NCBI RefSeq assembly: GCF_964204645.1
Contig: NC_134025.1
Location: forward strand, 5,394,001 to 5,458,000
Origin: Tubulanus polymorphus
Taxonomy: Eukaryota > Animalia > Nemertea
Reading direction: 5' to 3'
Length of the DNA: 64,000 nucleotides
Positions 44,701 through 58,856 of this stretch are shown one piece after another. Position numbers and translations under genes: made by a program. The notes beneath the pieces were generated by a model, which searched no databases, had not been told where the DNA came from, and was given only the letters and a program-made list of their open reading frames with translations. The stretch's first letter is position 1. The number at the start of each line of letters is the position of its first letter.

Positions 44701-47700
44701 CAGAAGATTTTGATCTAACTCTGCGCGCTGTATGTAAAACGCTGGCAGAGATGGCACCATGTGCGCGCGGATTCCGGCTCCGCAATCTGTGCATATCCCC
44801 GCAAAAGTCCAGTCCGTCAATCTGGCATTAAACACCCACTTGATCTACGCGAAGAATGGGGGACCTGATTAATATTGCATGAAAGTATTTCAAATTAAAG
44901 CACTTAACGCAGCTCGGAACTGAGCTGTGTCGGATTCCTGACATAGTTTCCACCGCCGCGCGACCAATCAGTCTCATGACGGAAGATTTAGACTCGCGAG
45001 ACCCGTCGATTCGCCCCGGGCCTATGACTTCTTAGATCGTCGACGAACAAATAAATCTTTGGCGACGATGAGGATCCATCTGGCGACTATCGTCGAGCGT
45101 TCGAAAAAGCCGGCCTTTTTTTCGAAATGCGAAGAACAAGTTAATTTGATGAAATTGCTTGTCATGACTTCTCAACTGACGAGTTAGTCGATGAATATTT
45201 ATCAGAATTGAATGCACATACACGAATCGCACCAGAGACAACTGACTTACATCCAGCTCGTTTCCTTCTTATGTAGATGTCAATGATTTCATTGGTGATT
45301 TGGGGTTTGATTGAAGTCGCTCGGTCGGCATTATTAGTAGTTATGAGGAGGCAGTTGAGGTACTTGAAACGACAATTTCAGCTCAATCGGTGGTAAACTG
45401 ATAACTTTATAAACTAATGAAATTTGGACTGCGTCTTTGTCACGACAAATGCTTAATAAAACCAGAAGGACGACGCGAGAGTGTAGTTACAAGGTGCCAA
45501 TTTCCTGGTTTCCGCGTACTCCTTCATCCGACCAGGTAGACTTGTGAGGAAATCTCCATCAGCATATATGAGCTCAAAACTTTTTTCGTGTCAACCGTTT
45601 TCTGATGTTGTGAGACTGCATGGCCCAGTTCTGCAATATGTCAGTCCAGAAATGATTGATATTGTAAATGAGATTATTGAACTGGAAGATGTATATGAAT
45701 CTAAAACTTGAACTCCAAAACACTGAACTATATTGCTATGCTAATTTCTAGACATCGCCACCCATTTGGTATCTATGTCGGTTTTTTGTTGAATTCTATT
45801 TCATGAATGTTCCGCTGTGGGGTCGATCATCTTCACCAATGCATTGTCGGCGACTTTAAAAAAGTCACCTCACTTGAATTGGCCGGTGAGTAACTTATTT
45901 CATGACTACTGCGAAGAATGGACTTATTGCCCGAGGACACACAGGTGTACGGACCATTCTTATTCGGCGGCCTCTGTAGAACAATCGAATGATTCAAAGT
46001 GGTTTTCGTGCTTTCTACTTCAAGTTTTGCTAATCCGTCTAATACCTTTAAACTATTGCCCATTTCACTGCCCTATATGTACGGCAATTTCCATGAAATA
46101 TACACATCATTATTGGTGATTCAGAACTATCTCCTGCTTATTGGAGTTTAATTGCTTGGTTTAGTAGTGAAATCGTAAACAATTATCGCTGTTCCACTTT
46201 CATGATTTCGAACACTTGAATTTGATTGAAAATGAAAGTTGACTACGTAGAATAGGAATTCGATGTACTATTCTTCGTCTCTAATATGCTTGTTTCGTCG
46301 TTTGTCACATATCCAATTGGACGAACTTCATGTCGCTGAATTAAAAGGCTAAGATTATTTCCGCCGCGGTCAGATATTTTCAACGCTCGTGCTTTGATTA
46401 TGTGTCTGGCAGATTTGAGCGATGAATTTGTGAAAATACAAGTGAACTCCCGCTGTCCGATTGTCGCTTTCTGTCACGGGGCAATTATCGAAATAATTGA
46501 TCACGTTAAGTCGAAGATATTGGATTGAATGCGTTCGACGAGTCGATTGAGATGATTTTTGTCTTCACCGGAATTGGTACGCCGCCGATTGTCATTCAAC
46601 TGCTCGTTCTTCTATGACAAATTACCATAGCAAAACTCTTAATACAATGAAATTATCAATGGTCAGCCACAGCAGTGCGCGTTTAGTCATTAAAGTTTAT
46701 CTTTGCATTTGCGAGTTATTTGTCCGGTATTGTGCGCCCCGACCGGTCAGTATTTGTTCAAGGTTCGGCGTGGAAATTTAGCCGCCGTACCGGTGCGCAA
46801 ATATTGGCGTTAATTTCGGACGTCGGATAATTGCGCCTCGATTAGGACTTTTCGGTTATAACAACGCGCGTCGGCATCGATGTCAACATAGATCGGTAAC
46901 CGGCGACGACCGGTACCTCGGGTAAAGCTGATTTCGAGCAATATGCATGTTGTAGCCATGGCAACTTAATATTTGCTTTTACGTCTTAGATCTATGATAA
47001 TCGATGTGATATCATTCGCGGCTTTAATATCTTTCGTAATTCCGTCTCGCGAACGCCGAACGAACGAAAGGTCCGCGAGTAATTCGCTCCGACTGATCGC
47101 TTAATTCTAACGAACACAACGCGGATGATCCGCGCGCATTTTGTTTAATCTCCGTTCTCGAAAACGTGGATCAGACCCCGGTTTAGGTGTTTTGCTTTCG
47201 TCTCAATCATAATATTTCAATTTCAGTTCGTGCTTTGTGCAAACGACGACGACGACGACTACTACGGAATCGATAGATATCAAATCCATAACATGATTCA
47301 TTTTCCCAGCAGCGCGGCTCGCTAGCTGCGCAAAAATCACTAATTGTCATGATAAATGCAATTTTTCAGTGATGAATTGATTTAATCCATCTCAATATTG
47401 AAGGTTAAATGAAGTGTAGTTGATTAGATAAATCACCATTATGAAATAGACGCTGGCCGTGTTCATAGCCCGTGCCGTTTAGTGGCGGTTGTTTAAGTAA
47501 TTGATGACCCAGCGAGACCCGAAACCCACTTATATGGAAAAACAAGCATTTTATTGGCTTATGAGGCAGACCTGATGATCACTATTATTTGACAGTAGTT
47601 TCTCATCAACTACTTATAATATATCAAAATACTTTCAAAATCTGAATAATTTCTAGTACATTTTCAATTCAACTACTCTTTTTGATATCACATTACTCCT

Positions 47701-50700
47701 ATTTTTGATGAAAACTACTACAATAAGAGATATCAGGTAGTGCGGTCCGATGACATATTCATTGATCGAGCTGACATCAGTCCCATGCAGAAAACCGAGT
47801 TCCATTCCGAAATCTGGAGTGTCCCAAAATAACCCGATTGTGAACGTGTGTAATTATTAATTTCCATCCTGATTCTCGATCCAAACGGATTTGTTTGCTT
47901 AAATTCCAGTGTTATTAGTGAAAAGCACGATGGAGATTGATGGTGTTTGTTTGCCATATCCTGTAGTTGCCATGACTTCAAAGTTTGAAGATGAGGAAAG
48001 CAATTACTTACGAAAGCCTCAATGGACTACGATGTACCGATCAGTTGGGGTTGCGATTCATTACGCTCAGCGGTCGGTACCTTGATTTTCGGTTGACTAA
48101 TGTCGGCTCATTGACAGCGCCCCATCAAGTTGTTTACATACAGGTTTTTATGGCGCGCAATATGTGATTGTAAGCTTTGGTCAAATTGTCCATCAGCTTT
48201 GTAGCTTTTAATTAATTCCATGCGTCGTTACACGGCATTATTGGCTTTGATGTTAAATTCTCCTCATCCAATTTTTCTAATTGGTCTCGGCGTAATGGAT
48301 ATAATTTATTATCTCGGCCGTGGGTTGGAGTCTTTTGGTATAGGGGAATTTCAGATTCCGGAAAATTTATATTTCTGCTTTAATTCTATGTAATGGCCGA
48401 GCGTTTTAGATATTCCGATTAGATATTCCCTGTTTCGATTATGCTATAAAAAGTCTCTTCCTAGTACGGTCGCAGTTGGACCGGCGTGTATTGATAATTG
48501 TATTATCCACATCATGGCGAGAGTAACTTCTTATGAACCAATAAGATATGATATTTGCTTGTTAGAAATGTTGATAGTTTTTCACAACGATGAGCTGCTG
48601 GCAAATTTGCTCTCGTTTGCATCTCCTCGTTCATAACTGTTCTTTTGCTTGTACAACATACACCTGAAGCTGGGGTGTATTTGTTCTGTATATTTGATGG
48701 AGGCGAAGCACTTCTCTCAGTGGCCTGAAGAGCGCCGGCAAATACCCCCTACCTCCGGCAAACAACCGACTACTAAAACTAGAGTTGTTTAATCACCGTA
48801 TTTACTGAATATTAACTCTAAATAGCGCGAAAATGAACAATATTTTTCCTGCAGATAAGCGTTGCTTTCTTGGTGTGGATTGTGGGTAAATTTGCACAGT
48901 ACTAGGAATGTGTACATGGGTCTGGTTACAGCACCTTTGCCTCGACAGTCGCCATATTGACTTTCTTCTCAAGGCGCTGACGGAGATGGCTCTAGTTCAA
49001 ATTGACAAAGAATTCAGCAATGTTTGACAAATAGTTGTCCGGCTATATATATATGGCTAGCGAAGATGCGACAGTTGATTTAGTCGAATCTGTGGCTATC
49101 TCTTTGCTTGGCTTGTTAGCAGTAATGAGGATAATGTATTCGTTGTCCGATGTTTTCGAGATTCTGAAATATTTGGTCAGCGGTGGCGTCCGATGAGAAC
49201 CGGGTGCATCCTAGAAGTAGTTTGTTGTCCCAGTGGTTTCAAGATGTACACAGATTTTGTCTTGTTATTTACTCATTCATACATCGGTTAGTTTACCTAA
49301 CAGATTATGTGGACGACTGCTGGTATAGTTTATAGACATTTAGTGAAACGTGTACCATCTTGCAACGGTTTGCCCATTTGAAACCTGCTAATCTTTGAAT
49401 TTCACCGGATAACCAACTAAACGGACAGACCTTAAACTTGATTTTTTAATATACTGAGGAAGACAATGTTGAGAAGTGAATATCTCATCTGCTAATTAGT
49501 CTGTTTCTCTGTTGTCAACCGTAATCATCATTTTCGTCATTATCGAGTTGCTCAATTCATTAATATAATCATCATGAGATTATGTAACGAATTTCTGCTG
49601 GTGCACAGCTTCCTTCTCTTAGCGTAGGCAGAAGTATTTACTATTCTCATATTTACTCGCTTGTTCATGGATCAATCGAAACCAAGCTCCGAGCTGTGAA
49701 CACATTGCCCTCAACAATCACTCTTTCTCCTTCAAACTGCGCATGAAATGATTTTTGGTCAACATATTGAACTACCATTAGTATTTACCCTGCTATCCGC
49801 TTGTGATTTTCACTTTATCACATGTCTCAAAAAAGTATTCATTCATTAAGATGTTTGTTATTTGTAGATTATTATTATAAACAGATTTGGTTTTCAGTTG
49901 AAGTGGAATACAAAATCTAACCGAATCATTATCTGTGGTTTAGGCCTTCGTGAAAGTGCTTCAAGACCTTGATAGTATAAGTGAAGACATTATTTTCCAT
50001 GTATGCTGAGTCAAAAAATGTTCTTCCCTCCGTATAGCATAGAAAACATTGAATATGCTTGTATATTATCGACGCTTCTAATTTAGCTCGGTTGCGCGAA
50101 TACCTGAAAATGTCATTTTCAAAACACTCTTATTAGTAATTCAGGCAACAACAACTTCCTCTTAAGATATCGTAGAATTATGCAGAGCCACTTGAAATCT
50201 GGGAAAATAGTATATTCTTTTCAACTTCGAAAAACGCTTTTGGCATCTTATTGTCTGTTCGTACTTCTCAATCAGTCTCAATGCTTGACAATCATGTTGC
50301 ACTAGAGAATGGCCCATACTCCGCTAGGTACTATACCCATCACGGTCTCAAGTATGCTTCATAATTCTTCAATTTATTGATAACCTTTAAACGTGCGAGA
50401 ATGAAACGATGTGCGGAAAATTTCTAATGAGAAAAACTTCAGGTGAATACGGATGACGAAAACTGCTTTCACTGCTAACAAAAAAATTTGTTTCAAAATC
50501 TAATTTTCGTTATCGCAAAATGTTCCCCGAAATAGAATGAATGATAATAATATTAAGAATCATAGAGAAAATCAACAAAAATTAACTCTACGTAAAATGT
50601 TTGATTGATTTGGTGACTGTCCCGTGAAAGTTCCTTAATCTACCAATAGATGGAGCTGCATAGATGTGGTGTGAATATTTCGGAGTGACCCGTTGAACTT

Positions 50701-53700
50701 TGATTATCAGTTAAGCCTTTAAAATATTCAAATTGACTCCGACACCTTTTAATGCAAACTAAAGATGAAAAAGCCAAATCTGTGTGCTTATAATAATTAC
50801 TTTTTGAATAGGGAAAATGTGTCTTTGTTTAATGGCCGCGGTTATGGATCAGGTATGCAAACAGTCTTTTTCAGGTTGGGTCAATGGTCGGCAGAAAGGC
50901 CCCTGTATCTGTCAAGTTAATCTGATCTGTTGATAAATATCCGATGTTTGTTTGCGGGTGCAAACTTTTTTTATCGCTTCAGTCACCTTCATTTATTGAT
51001 TAATCCGGATATCAATGTGATTCTGTTATGTACTAAGCAAATGGCGACTTGCTGCTAAAGCAAATTTGACAGTTTGTACAAGCCTGCTGCAAAATAAACC
51101 CGACTAGAAAGCCATGTGTTTGTAAAAACTACTAAGAATATTTGAAAATGATTTTTTTCATTGTAACCATACAGCTATAATGCGTGTTGGGCTAACACTT
51201 TGAATTTGCCCGGTACATATTTTCGATGACTGAGGGATATTTGATGGTTCATTATGGTTTTGTATGCCGTGCAAATTTAACGAAGTTGTTCCGGTGTTTA
51301 CCGAGATATTTGCTTCTATAATATAACCCGCTGTGATGAACTGTTTTTTTTTAATTCTTTGTTATTTTCTATCGAATCGATGTTTTAGTTTTAGTATTAT
51401 TACTTCTAGTTTCAATGACTAGCTGGCCAAGAAACTTAAAACGTGTCTCTACAGCAATATTCGCGTTGCAAAGATAACGCAAAAAAAAAGAAAATAGATG
51501 AATTTTAGGAGACTTTTAGTCACAGTCTAGATTGTTTTCCTATCACTATACTCACCGGGGTACTCATTTGATTCAGAACTGAATCTCAGTTTGTCTATTT
51601 CATACAATGATGTATTTGCTGATGAAATAAATGACGCTTCATTTTTTTTTCATTTTTGCATTCTCCGAGAAAATACTAGGTACCGGTTTGTTTGTTTTCA
51701 AGAGTAATGTTGACTTAACAGCTAGGCGCTAGCTTGTTCAAAGAAGACTGAATTTAATATTCAAACGAGCTTATTTAATCAGGGGTGCTGTAGATGATTG
51801 ATTTTGCGTGGCATTATTTGCTTAAAGGTGGGATGTTGAATATGTGGGGTTTTTCAACGAGCAGTTTGCTGAATGCGAAAAATTCAATAAAATATAGAAA
51901 TTGCTGGTCTAGAGGATCAACTGATCAAACTACTACTGTTAACTATGTAAATAAGTAGTGACTATAGATATTGAAAAAAATTGAATAATTGTTGAATGCT
52001 CCAAGTCGATTACTGTGACGTGACAGATGAATAAACCAGATGTCTTGTCGAATCGAAATCTATTAATCAATTTCTGGTTGGTTAAGTTTTTAGAATGACT
52101 GCTGAGTAAGTTGTTTCGGGCAACTCGTTTTACCACCTTAATGGCGTACGCAGAATCTATATGCAGAATTTGATGATGAACACATTAACTGACATGACCC
52201 TTTTTCAATATTTTGATTTGGATTGTTTCCATTGTTTAATGCCACTTTCACCATCTGAAATTTTGTCTACTAATTGTATGTATACATGAAAAGTTTTTTC
52301 AAATTCCGAAGTTTAATAGTTTTTGTTTTTACGCCCACGTCTTGTGAAAAGAGGCGCATGCACATGTCTTTTGTTCAGGTATACTTCACCAGCGTAGCAT
52401 CCTCTTCGGTTTATATCATGATTGATTATGTATGAGAATGATGTAGCGCGTACTGCTAGCGTATTCAAAAGACCGTGTCAGCAATTTAGACAAAATATGA
52501 TCGATTTGTTTTTGTAAGCGGATTCAATCTTTCTTTTTTTTTGAAAAATATTCATTGCCCGGGCACCACCTACGTTGATGATTTGTGATTTCATGTTCGA
52601 GGCATTTTTTTGTCCTGAACGAATGAATTTCTGTTGGTGATTTGCAGATTTAACTAGAAAACTAACTTGTAAGTTTATTGACGCCTTAAAAGATAACGCA
52701 TATATTGCTTAATATTGTCGACAATGATATGATATGTTGGGTCAATAATATTATTTCGGATTTGAATATATCGATAATTGAATTGAATTGACTGGCAATC
52801 AGTCTAACCCTGATATATTGACGATGAAGTGCACATCCTTTTTGATAAAAATTTTATCAAAAATGAAACATATTTAATTACAAAATAAACACCAAAATTT
52901 ACAGTTGCAATAACTATTTTGGAACACCAATATTGATGATGCAGTGCACTCGACTCACACAGAACCCCATATAACGCATACTAGGTATCAAAGGTTTGTA
53001 CGGCGTCAAAAGATATGTTCAGTCTGTTCCTTTCTTTAATGTCTTATTAAAGCATATTTGTAGATACCACTAATGGAACGTATAATTTACTAGAAGTTGA
53101 ATTTGCATCCGTTGTTTTGTAAATTTATCATTCATAAAAAGCGAAGCTCTTTTTTTAGGTAATATCAATTACACAATTTGTCCTTATGCTCGTTAGAAAT
53201 AAGAAAGTAATTTTCCATAAGCACAGATGTTATGGTCATGAATTTGCAAAACATTTTACAGGAACATCGAAATAGATGTAAAAAATATCCAAATGAATTC
53301 GCTCAGCTCATTCGATTTCTCAGACAGTTATTTATGGAATGTGTTTATTCTTTTACACATGGCTAGTCTTTCCCATAGACTTTCTCATGCCACTTATACT
53401 GGCAATAGTAAGTTGTCCTACGAATGTTTGTGGACAGTGGTTATTTCTTTATTGTTCGAGATATAATTGACCAGAAAATATGCCTAATAAACAGTGTCAT
53501 GCGCGCTTCAAGTCGGACCGACCGTCAATCATTTCACCAGACTGTGTCCGTTCGGCTATTTTTCACCAGCAGAATTATCTCTGCGTCATCTTTTATGATA
53601 TTCCAACGTATGATATAAGCGAGTGAAATAGCTTTTATTGTTTCAGCTATATCGAAACGATGTCGCTATGATAATAGTACGGGCTAAAGTTTTCGATATC

Positions 53701-56700
53701 CCGTGTATTCTAGAATTCATAGTGTTTAATCTGTGATATGATATGGGCAGAGCATATCCACCTGTCCTCTTCGTAAGTGTCAGCGGTCCTACTTGTTCAA
53801 CTACGACTACCGTTTTTATTCGATTTTTCTGCGTGGAAAGTGGTTCATTTGAATGTTCACGTTGCGATGTGGTGCGAAACAGCAATTTATACAAAGATAA
53901 TCGCTTTAATGGCCATTGCTAGCGACGTTGTACGAGAACGGTGAAATCTTCCCCGATTTTTTTCACCGACGAGATCGTAGTGGCAAGCGCCGCGCGAGTT
54001 AACCATTATTATCCCTAGTGGATAGAAAGAGGAGCGCTCGGTTCATCGGACGACTCTAACCACCAGAATCAATTCATTACTGTCCTACCGGCCTGACATA
54101 TTTAAGCGCATAAATCATAAAACTAGCAGACACGTTAAAAGCTGCGGAGAATACATTGTCAACATGACAAACATCTTTATTATTTAGCCAAACGTATGTC
54201 AACACTGCTACAAATTACACTGGGGTTTAGCTAATGGTCCGCATTACTGTTACATTTCATCGAGTCCATGATCTCTGGTTCCGTCATTAATTCGATCTTT
54301 TTGTATTTGATTAAATGGAACGGGTTTTCCTGCCGGGTTTCCATCACTCCCCCGGTTTTGTTTGCGTTGTCGAACGAGGGTAACGTCGTTTTTCGCGTCG
54401 AATTCCCGAAGATTGGATGTCGCTATTGCGCCCTCGGGAATTGCGCCCGCGTGCTGATTTATATTTTCATATTTCATAATCATGAAAATGAGAAAGCATT
54501 AATTGAAATGCCACGCCTTTGTGTCTCGGTCGCCGACAAATTGTCGTCTGTTTTTAAGGTATATTAACCGGTAATTTCTAAATCTGAACACGGACGTATA
54601 AACTATAGATGATACGTCCGTGAGCTGAATGTGAAATTTACATGAAATTGACATTAACGCACGGTGCAGGCTATAGACAAGAATTTTGAAGAGCCCTCCT
54701 TTTTTCAAATGGAGGACAATCCCACGTAAAAATTCTTCAACACCGAAAGCATAAAATTTAAGGGGCAAGTAGGTTGTATGTACTGATAGTACGATTTCCA
54801 CAGGTTTGAAGCAAAAACGATTCTCAAGAATGTATTTCATCAGTTTTGGAACCAGTTTTTCCAGAAAACTTTGACCAAACCAATAAGTTTGGAATTGATT
54901 ATGTGGATGCGAAAGCATTCCAGTTTGTGACCTGCCGATCTTTGGTCTGTAGACACCCATACGCTACTATCCCTGTACTTATCTACACCGGTATATTTTT
55001 CAGTATTTTTCTCGTGTAAGTGATCATTCGGGTTTATTTATCGGTGATTAATAGTTTTTCATTTCCAGTTCTCATAAACATCGGCTCGGGAATTGACAAT
55101 TTTACGGATTACGTACGCTCAATTATCCACCTCACTGTGTACGGCTTTAATTCTCGTTATTGTCGGTTAAGGATGATAATCCGAAACTAGCGATTTACAT
55201 TCATCGTCGGCGTTATTGCACGATATACTATTGTCACAATAACACGCACGTAATAAAATAAAATGATATATCGCGCGGGTATTTTTAATGATGATTTGTC
55301 GCAGTTCGCGATAATTACAGCGGGATTCATTACTGTAACTGACCAAGGTGGCTGCGAAATGACTGCGAACAATAGGTGACGGTAGTTTGTGAAATCACAT
55401 CCGTTTCATTATGAAAAAATCTAGTTTTACGAGAATCATTTAGCCCGGTGTAATGTTTTCATTGTAAACAATCCATTAGTTCATCGGGACCTCCGGTCTT
55501 TTTTCGCTGATTGCGCTGTGACATTAGCGGATCAGCTGATCATTCTGTTTCTATTATTTCGTAGATACGAATGTTTAATTTGATAAAATCTGAAAGTGAT
55601 TTTTTATGATGATTCATTGTGATGCAGTGGGTTCACTAAGGACTGTTTGTTAAACAACAACCCAAAATAACCAAGCCCCGATGTCAAACAGTTTTCTGAG
55701 CCTGATTGTGGAGCCTAGAAGATCATTCTATAGCCTCAATCACATGGAGATGATTTGGCCGGGGCCAAATTGGCACGCATCAGGCCCGAGTCAAATTTGG
55801 CCTCTTTACACATAAACCCCTCACTCAATACTAGACAATGCTTAAAAAGCGGAGTGAGTCACTTCCGGAACCAGTTGCGATTCGCATACAATTTGACCCA
55901 TGCTAAAATTTGGCTCGGGCCTGGTCTGACGTTTTTGGTTGGGCCAAACAGGCAAGGGTCCATTCGGCACCTGTGTGAACAATTGTTCCGGGCCATAAGA
56001 TGCTCATTATACTGTGGATTAGGCCCCTAATGCAATTCGGTTTCATGAATTTATAGTAAGGCAACTCCAATTTCATGTCAAAATCTCTTCTGTTTGTTGG
56101 GCTGTGATTGTTTGCACAAATACTTAAATGATTAGTGGTCATCTGATACCATTACACATTTTTACATCTATGCAAATATTTGAACATAAATTCAAAATAC
56201 AATTTGATTTGAGCTGACTGCGTTGTGTCCATACCGGTGTGTTTACATCATTTAACATTTTCCAACTCAGTAAACCATGATCAGCACCTGTCCCTGGGTG
56301 TATTGTCATTTGACTAAGGATGTTTTACAGCACTGTGTCCACCTGGTAAGGTTTCTGTTAATTGACGCTGATTCTAGCTGGCCTGTAATCTTAACTACTG
56401 GGATCATCCAATTGTCCCCGGCTTCAATCGGCAGTCATCAATGCTAGGTTGTATTCATGAAGAGTGTGTCATCCATGCGAGCACCATTACAGCTGGTTCT
56501 GAGGTATTAGCCCCAAACTGTGCTGCCCATAACTGCGTATTGTTTTCAAAACAGAAGCATTCATCATCCTGCACCGTTCAACCATTTATAGTTTTAATCC
56601 CGGTGATATTATTGGTCAGATGAACGCAAATTGTTAACGGCTCTTGACTGCATCAGTGAGGGGTGGAAATCATGCATTTAGTCGAAGCCATAGAGCATTG

Positions 56701-58856
56701 ATCACTCAGCATGCAACACAAGAACAGTTGAAAACACCTGATCAGATGGTTCTTTATCAATGCAGTCGAAATAGTTCCAGCAATTTCGTTTTAAATCTCC
56801 ATCCATTTGATACCGTGGTACAGTTTTTCTTTGTCTGAAATTCTAAATCGCGCACAAGTATATTTCATCGAGCTTAAATTGTCGGTTTCATTTCTATCTG
56901 AGTTCGGGCAGAAGTATGGGTGATTTGCACAAGATTTGGAGTATTAAAGAGTTACTCGTTCCAATGAAAGTGAAGATCGGAGTTACAAGATTTAAGCCAA
57001 TTCACACAGAGACCCGGCCCTAGTTGAATTTGCCCCGTGCCTAATTCACAAGTAAACCACTCCGATGCTTAACAATGCTTAAACAAAGTGAAGTGAGTCA
57101 CTTCCACAACCAATTGCAAGTCACATGCAATAATTGGACGTGTCCTAAAATTTGGCTCGGGCCTGGTCCGACATTTTTAGTCGTGCCAAAAATGCCCACT
57201 TGATATTGGCTTTAGGCCCGCTGAGTTCCTGCGTAATTTTTTATTATTCGTCGGGGAATATTTCCATTAATTCGATTCATCGTTGTCGTGACTGAGTGAG
57301 AGATGTTAATAGACGCACAATGTTCGACGCGATGGGACTTGTGTAGAAACACCTGTAAGCAGATTTTCCGGCACACCACTTTCCCATGTTCCGACGACAT
57401 GAAAATGATTTCTGCTTGAGAAAATCTCTCACACTTATCATACCGGCTTTCCACTAATCTTGTCTGATTGTCCAACGGGCATGTTCAGAGCATGAAAGAA
57501 AAATCAACTTGTGTGTTTGTTTTGTTCCCTCGCTGCCGGCATTACTAGACTAAACTTGGCATTTGATTATATGCTCTTAATGGAAATTAGTGCCGGGACT
57601 TTTTACAACACTCAGGTGTTCGTTAATTATAGAAAAATACCCCTGAAAATTTGGTTCGGAGTAAATTTTTCACTACGAGCCATAATTGTCTTGTAGGTGG
57701 TTTTGTGTTCAAGTTTTTTGAATGTCCTAAAAAACCTGACAATAGGCAGATTAGGTCCAGGTCGATACATGCGATTTGAGATAGGCCTAACTATTCGTGG
57801 AATTCTGGTTTCGGGCACTTTCAGATAGTTTCTCGTGCTAAAGCTCAGTGGTCAGTGAAATTTAGAATATTCCGTCTGAATATATACCTAGAAGATGCAC
57901 ATATGTATGCGTGCACGTCATGCATGTTCAACGCGCCATATTGCTTCAATACGCAATGAATTATGATGTATTAGAACAGGTAATTTACATCCAGTCACAT
58001 CCATCTTTTATCCCGGAGGTTATTTACACGAGTAAATGAATAAATGGGTTCGTTTTCACATGTCCATGCCCGTGGCACTCTATGTATATTTCTCATCAGT
58101 TTCGGCATCGATTATATTTGCAATCACGATAATACAACGATAAAATACAAGTGAAAGATACCGAGCTCGGGTCATATAGCTGCGCGACCTTCAGGAACTG
58201 ATCTCTATTTCAAACAGGTTTTGCCGGGGTCGCTAAAGACCTATCGTTATTACACCTATCGTTATAACATGTAGCTTGATGCGCTGTAGGACAAAAACAT
58301 GCTAATACTGATTTTAACAGGGAATGAGGGTTTTTGACCCGGCATGGGCCAAATTTAGCCATATCCGGGTGAACCGTTTACACCGGTGCCAAATGGGTCC
58401 GTTCTTTTTGGCACAGGGCAAATTTGGCCCGGTCACAAATGTTGCACCAGGCCTGTGCCAAATTTTAATACAGGTCAAATTAATTTATGTGAATGGTTGT
58501 GGAAATGACTCTCCTCGCTTGTCACTGATACCAGTCTAATAAGGAGTGAGTGATTTACGTGTGAATGCTGTCTCTAATTAGGCACGGGCCAAATTTGAGC
58601 CAAATCGCTTTCATGCGATTGTGGCTGACTTCTTCAGTCTAAACTCCCAAAAACTAGCCCCAGATCTGTTATGCATTGCCAACCACTGCTGACGCTAGCT
58701 GATATCCCAGTTCACATTAGTTCAATTAAATCTTATGATTTTTTTCTCTTGTATTTTATAGGCAAAATTATCAGCTATTACTCAAGAAAGAGACATGGCA
58801 GTTGCCAAGATACAGCGTTTGGAGGACGAAATTCAAAATCTTCGAGTTTACTACAG
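26746..58856 (+). CDS. MIPOL1: Mirror-image polydactyly 1 homologue (coiled coil), 3' part beyond the window; exons include 26746-26921, 31630-31818, 32579-32670, 33177-33326, 33811-34098, 34389-34620, 34744-34849, 34929-35052, 35185-35376, 35990-36160, 36355-36441, 58762-58856
   Basis: AVIEEIYRAQKERDAAIMNRLRVANEERDAAI, ITAEEMKVILEERDSAILKCKRQEQEL and IQRLEDEIQNLRVYYS match conserved MIPOL1 blocks as I recall them. N-terminal exons are linked by splice phase only. The join between 35376 and 35990 is unresolved. Confidence 0.88.
28957..29113. mobile_element. Hairpin MITE (157 bp) with 8-bp TSD, hAT- or P-like
   Basis: ATTTCAAT at 28949-28956 and 29114-29121. Termini CACACGGGCTCGTATTTGAA / TTCAAATACGAGCCCTGTG. 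The imperfect inversion extends about 55 bp, and one arm segment is tandemly duplicated. Confidence 0.8.
55755..55990 (+). repeat. Old dispersed repeat family, copy 1
   Basis: Shares GTGAGTCACTTCC...CTAAAATTTGGCTCGGGCCTGGTC with the copy at about 57010-57200. Confidence 0.7.
57010..57200 (+). repeat. Old dispersed repeat family, copy 2
   Basis: AATTTGCCCCGTGCCTAATT...GTGAGTCACTTCCACAACC...AAAATTTGGCTCGGGCCTGG. Confidence 0.7.
58335..58605 (-). repeat. Old dispersed repeat family, copy 3 (inverted)
   Basis: Reverse complement reads AAATTTGGCCCGTGCCTAATT...GAGTCATTTCCACAACC...AAAATTTGGCACAGGCCTGG. Confidence 0.7.

Noticed and set aside
50616-50627. Isolated ACTGTCCCGTGA match to the array core
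   Set aside because: Only 12 bp with no flanking similarity, so plausibly chance.
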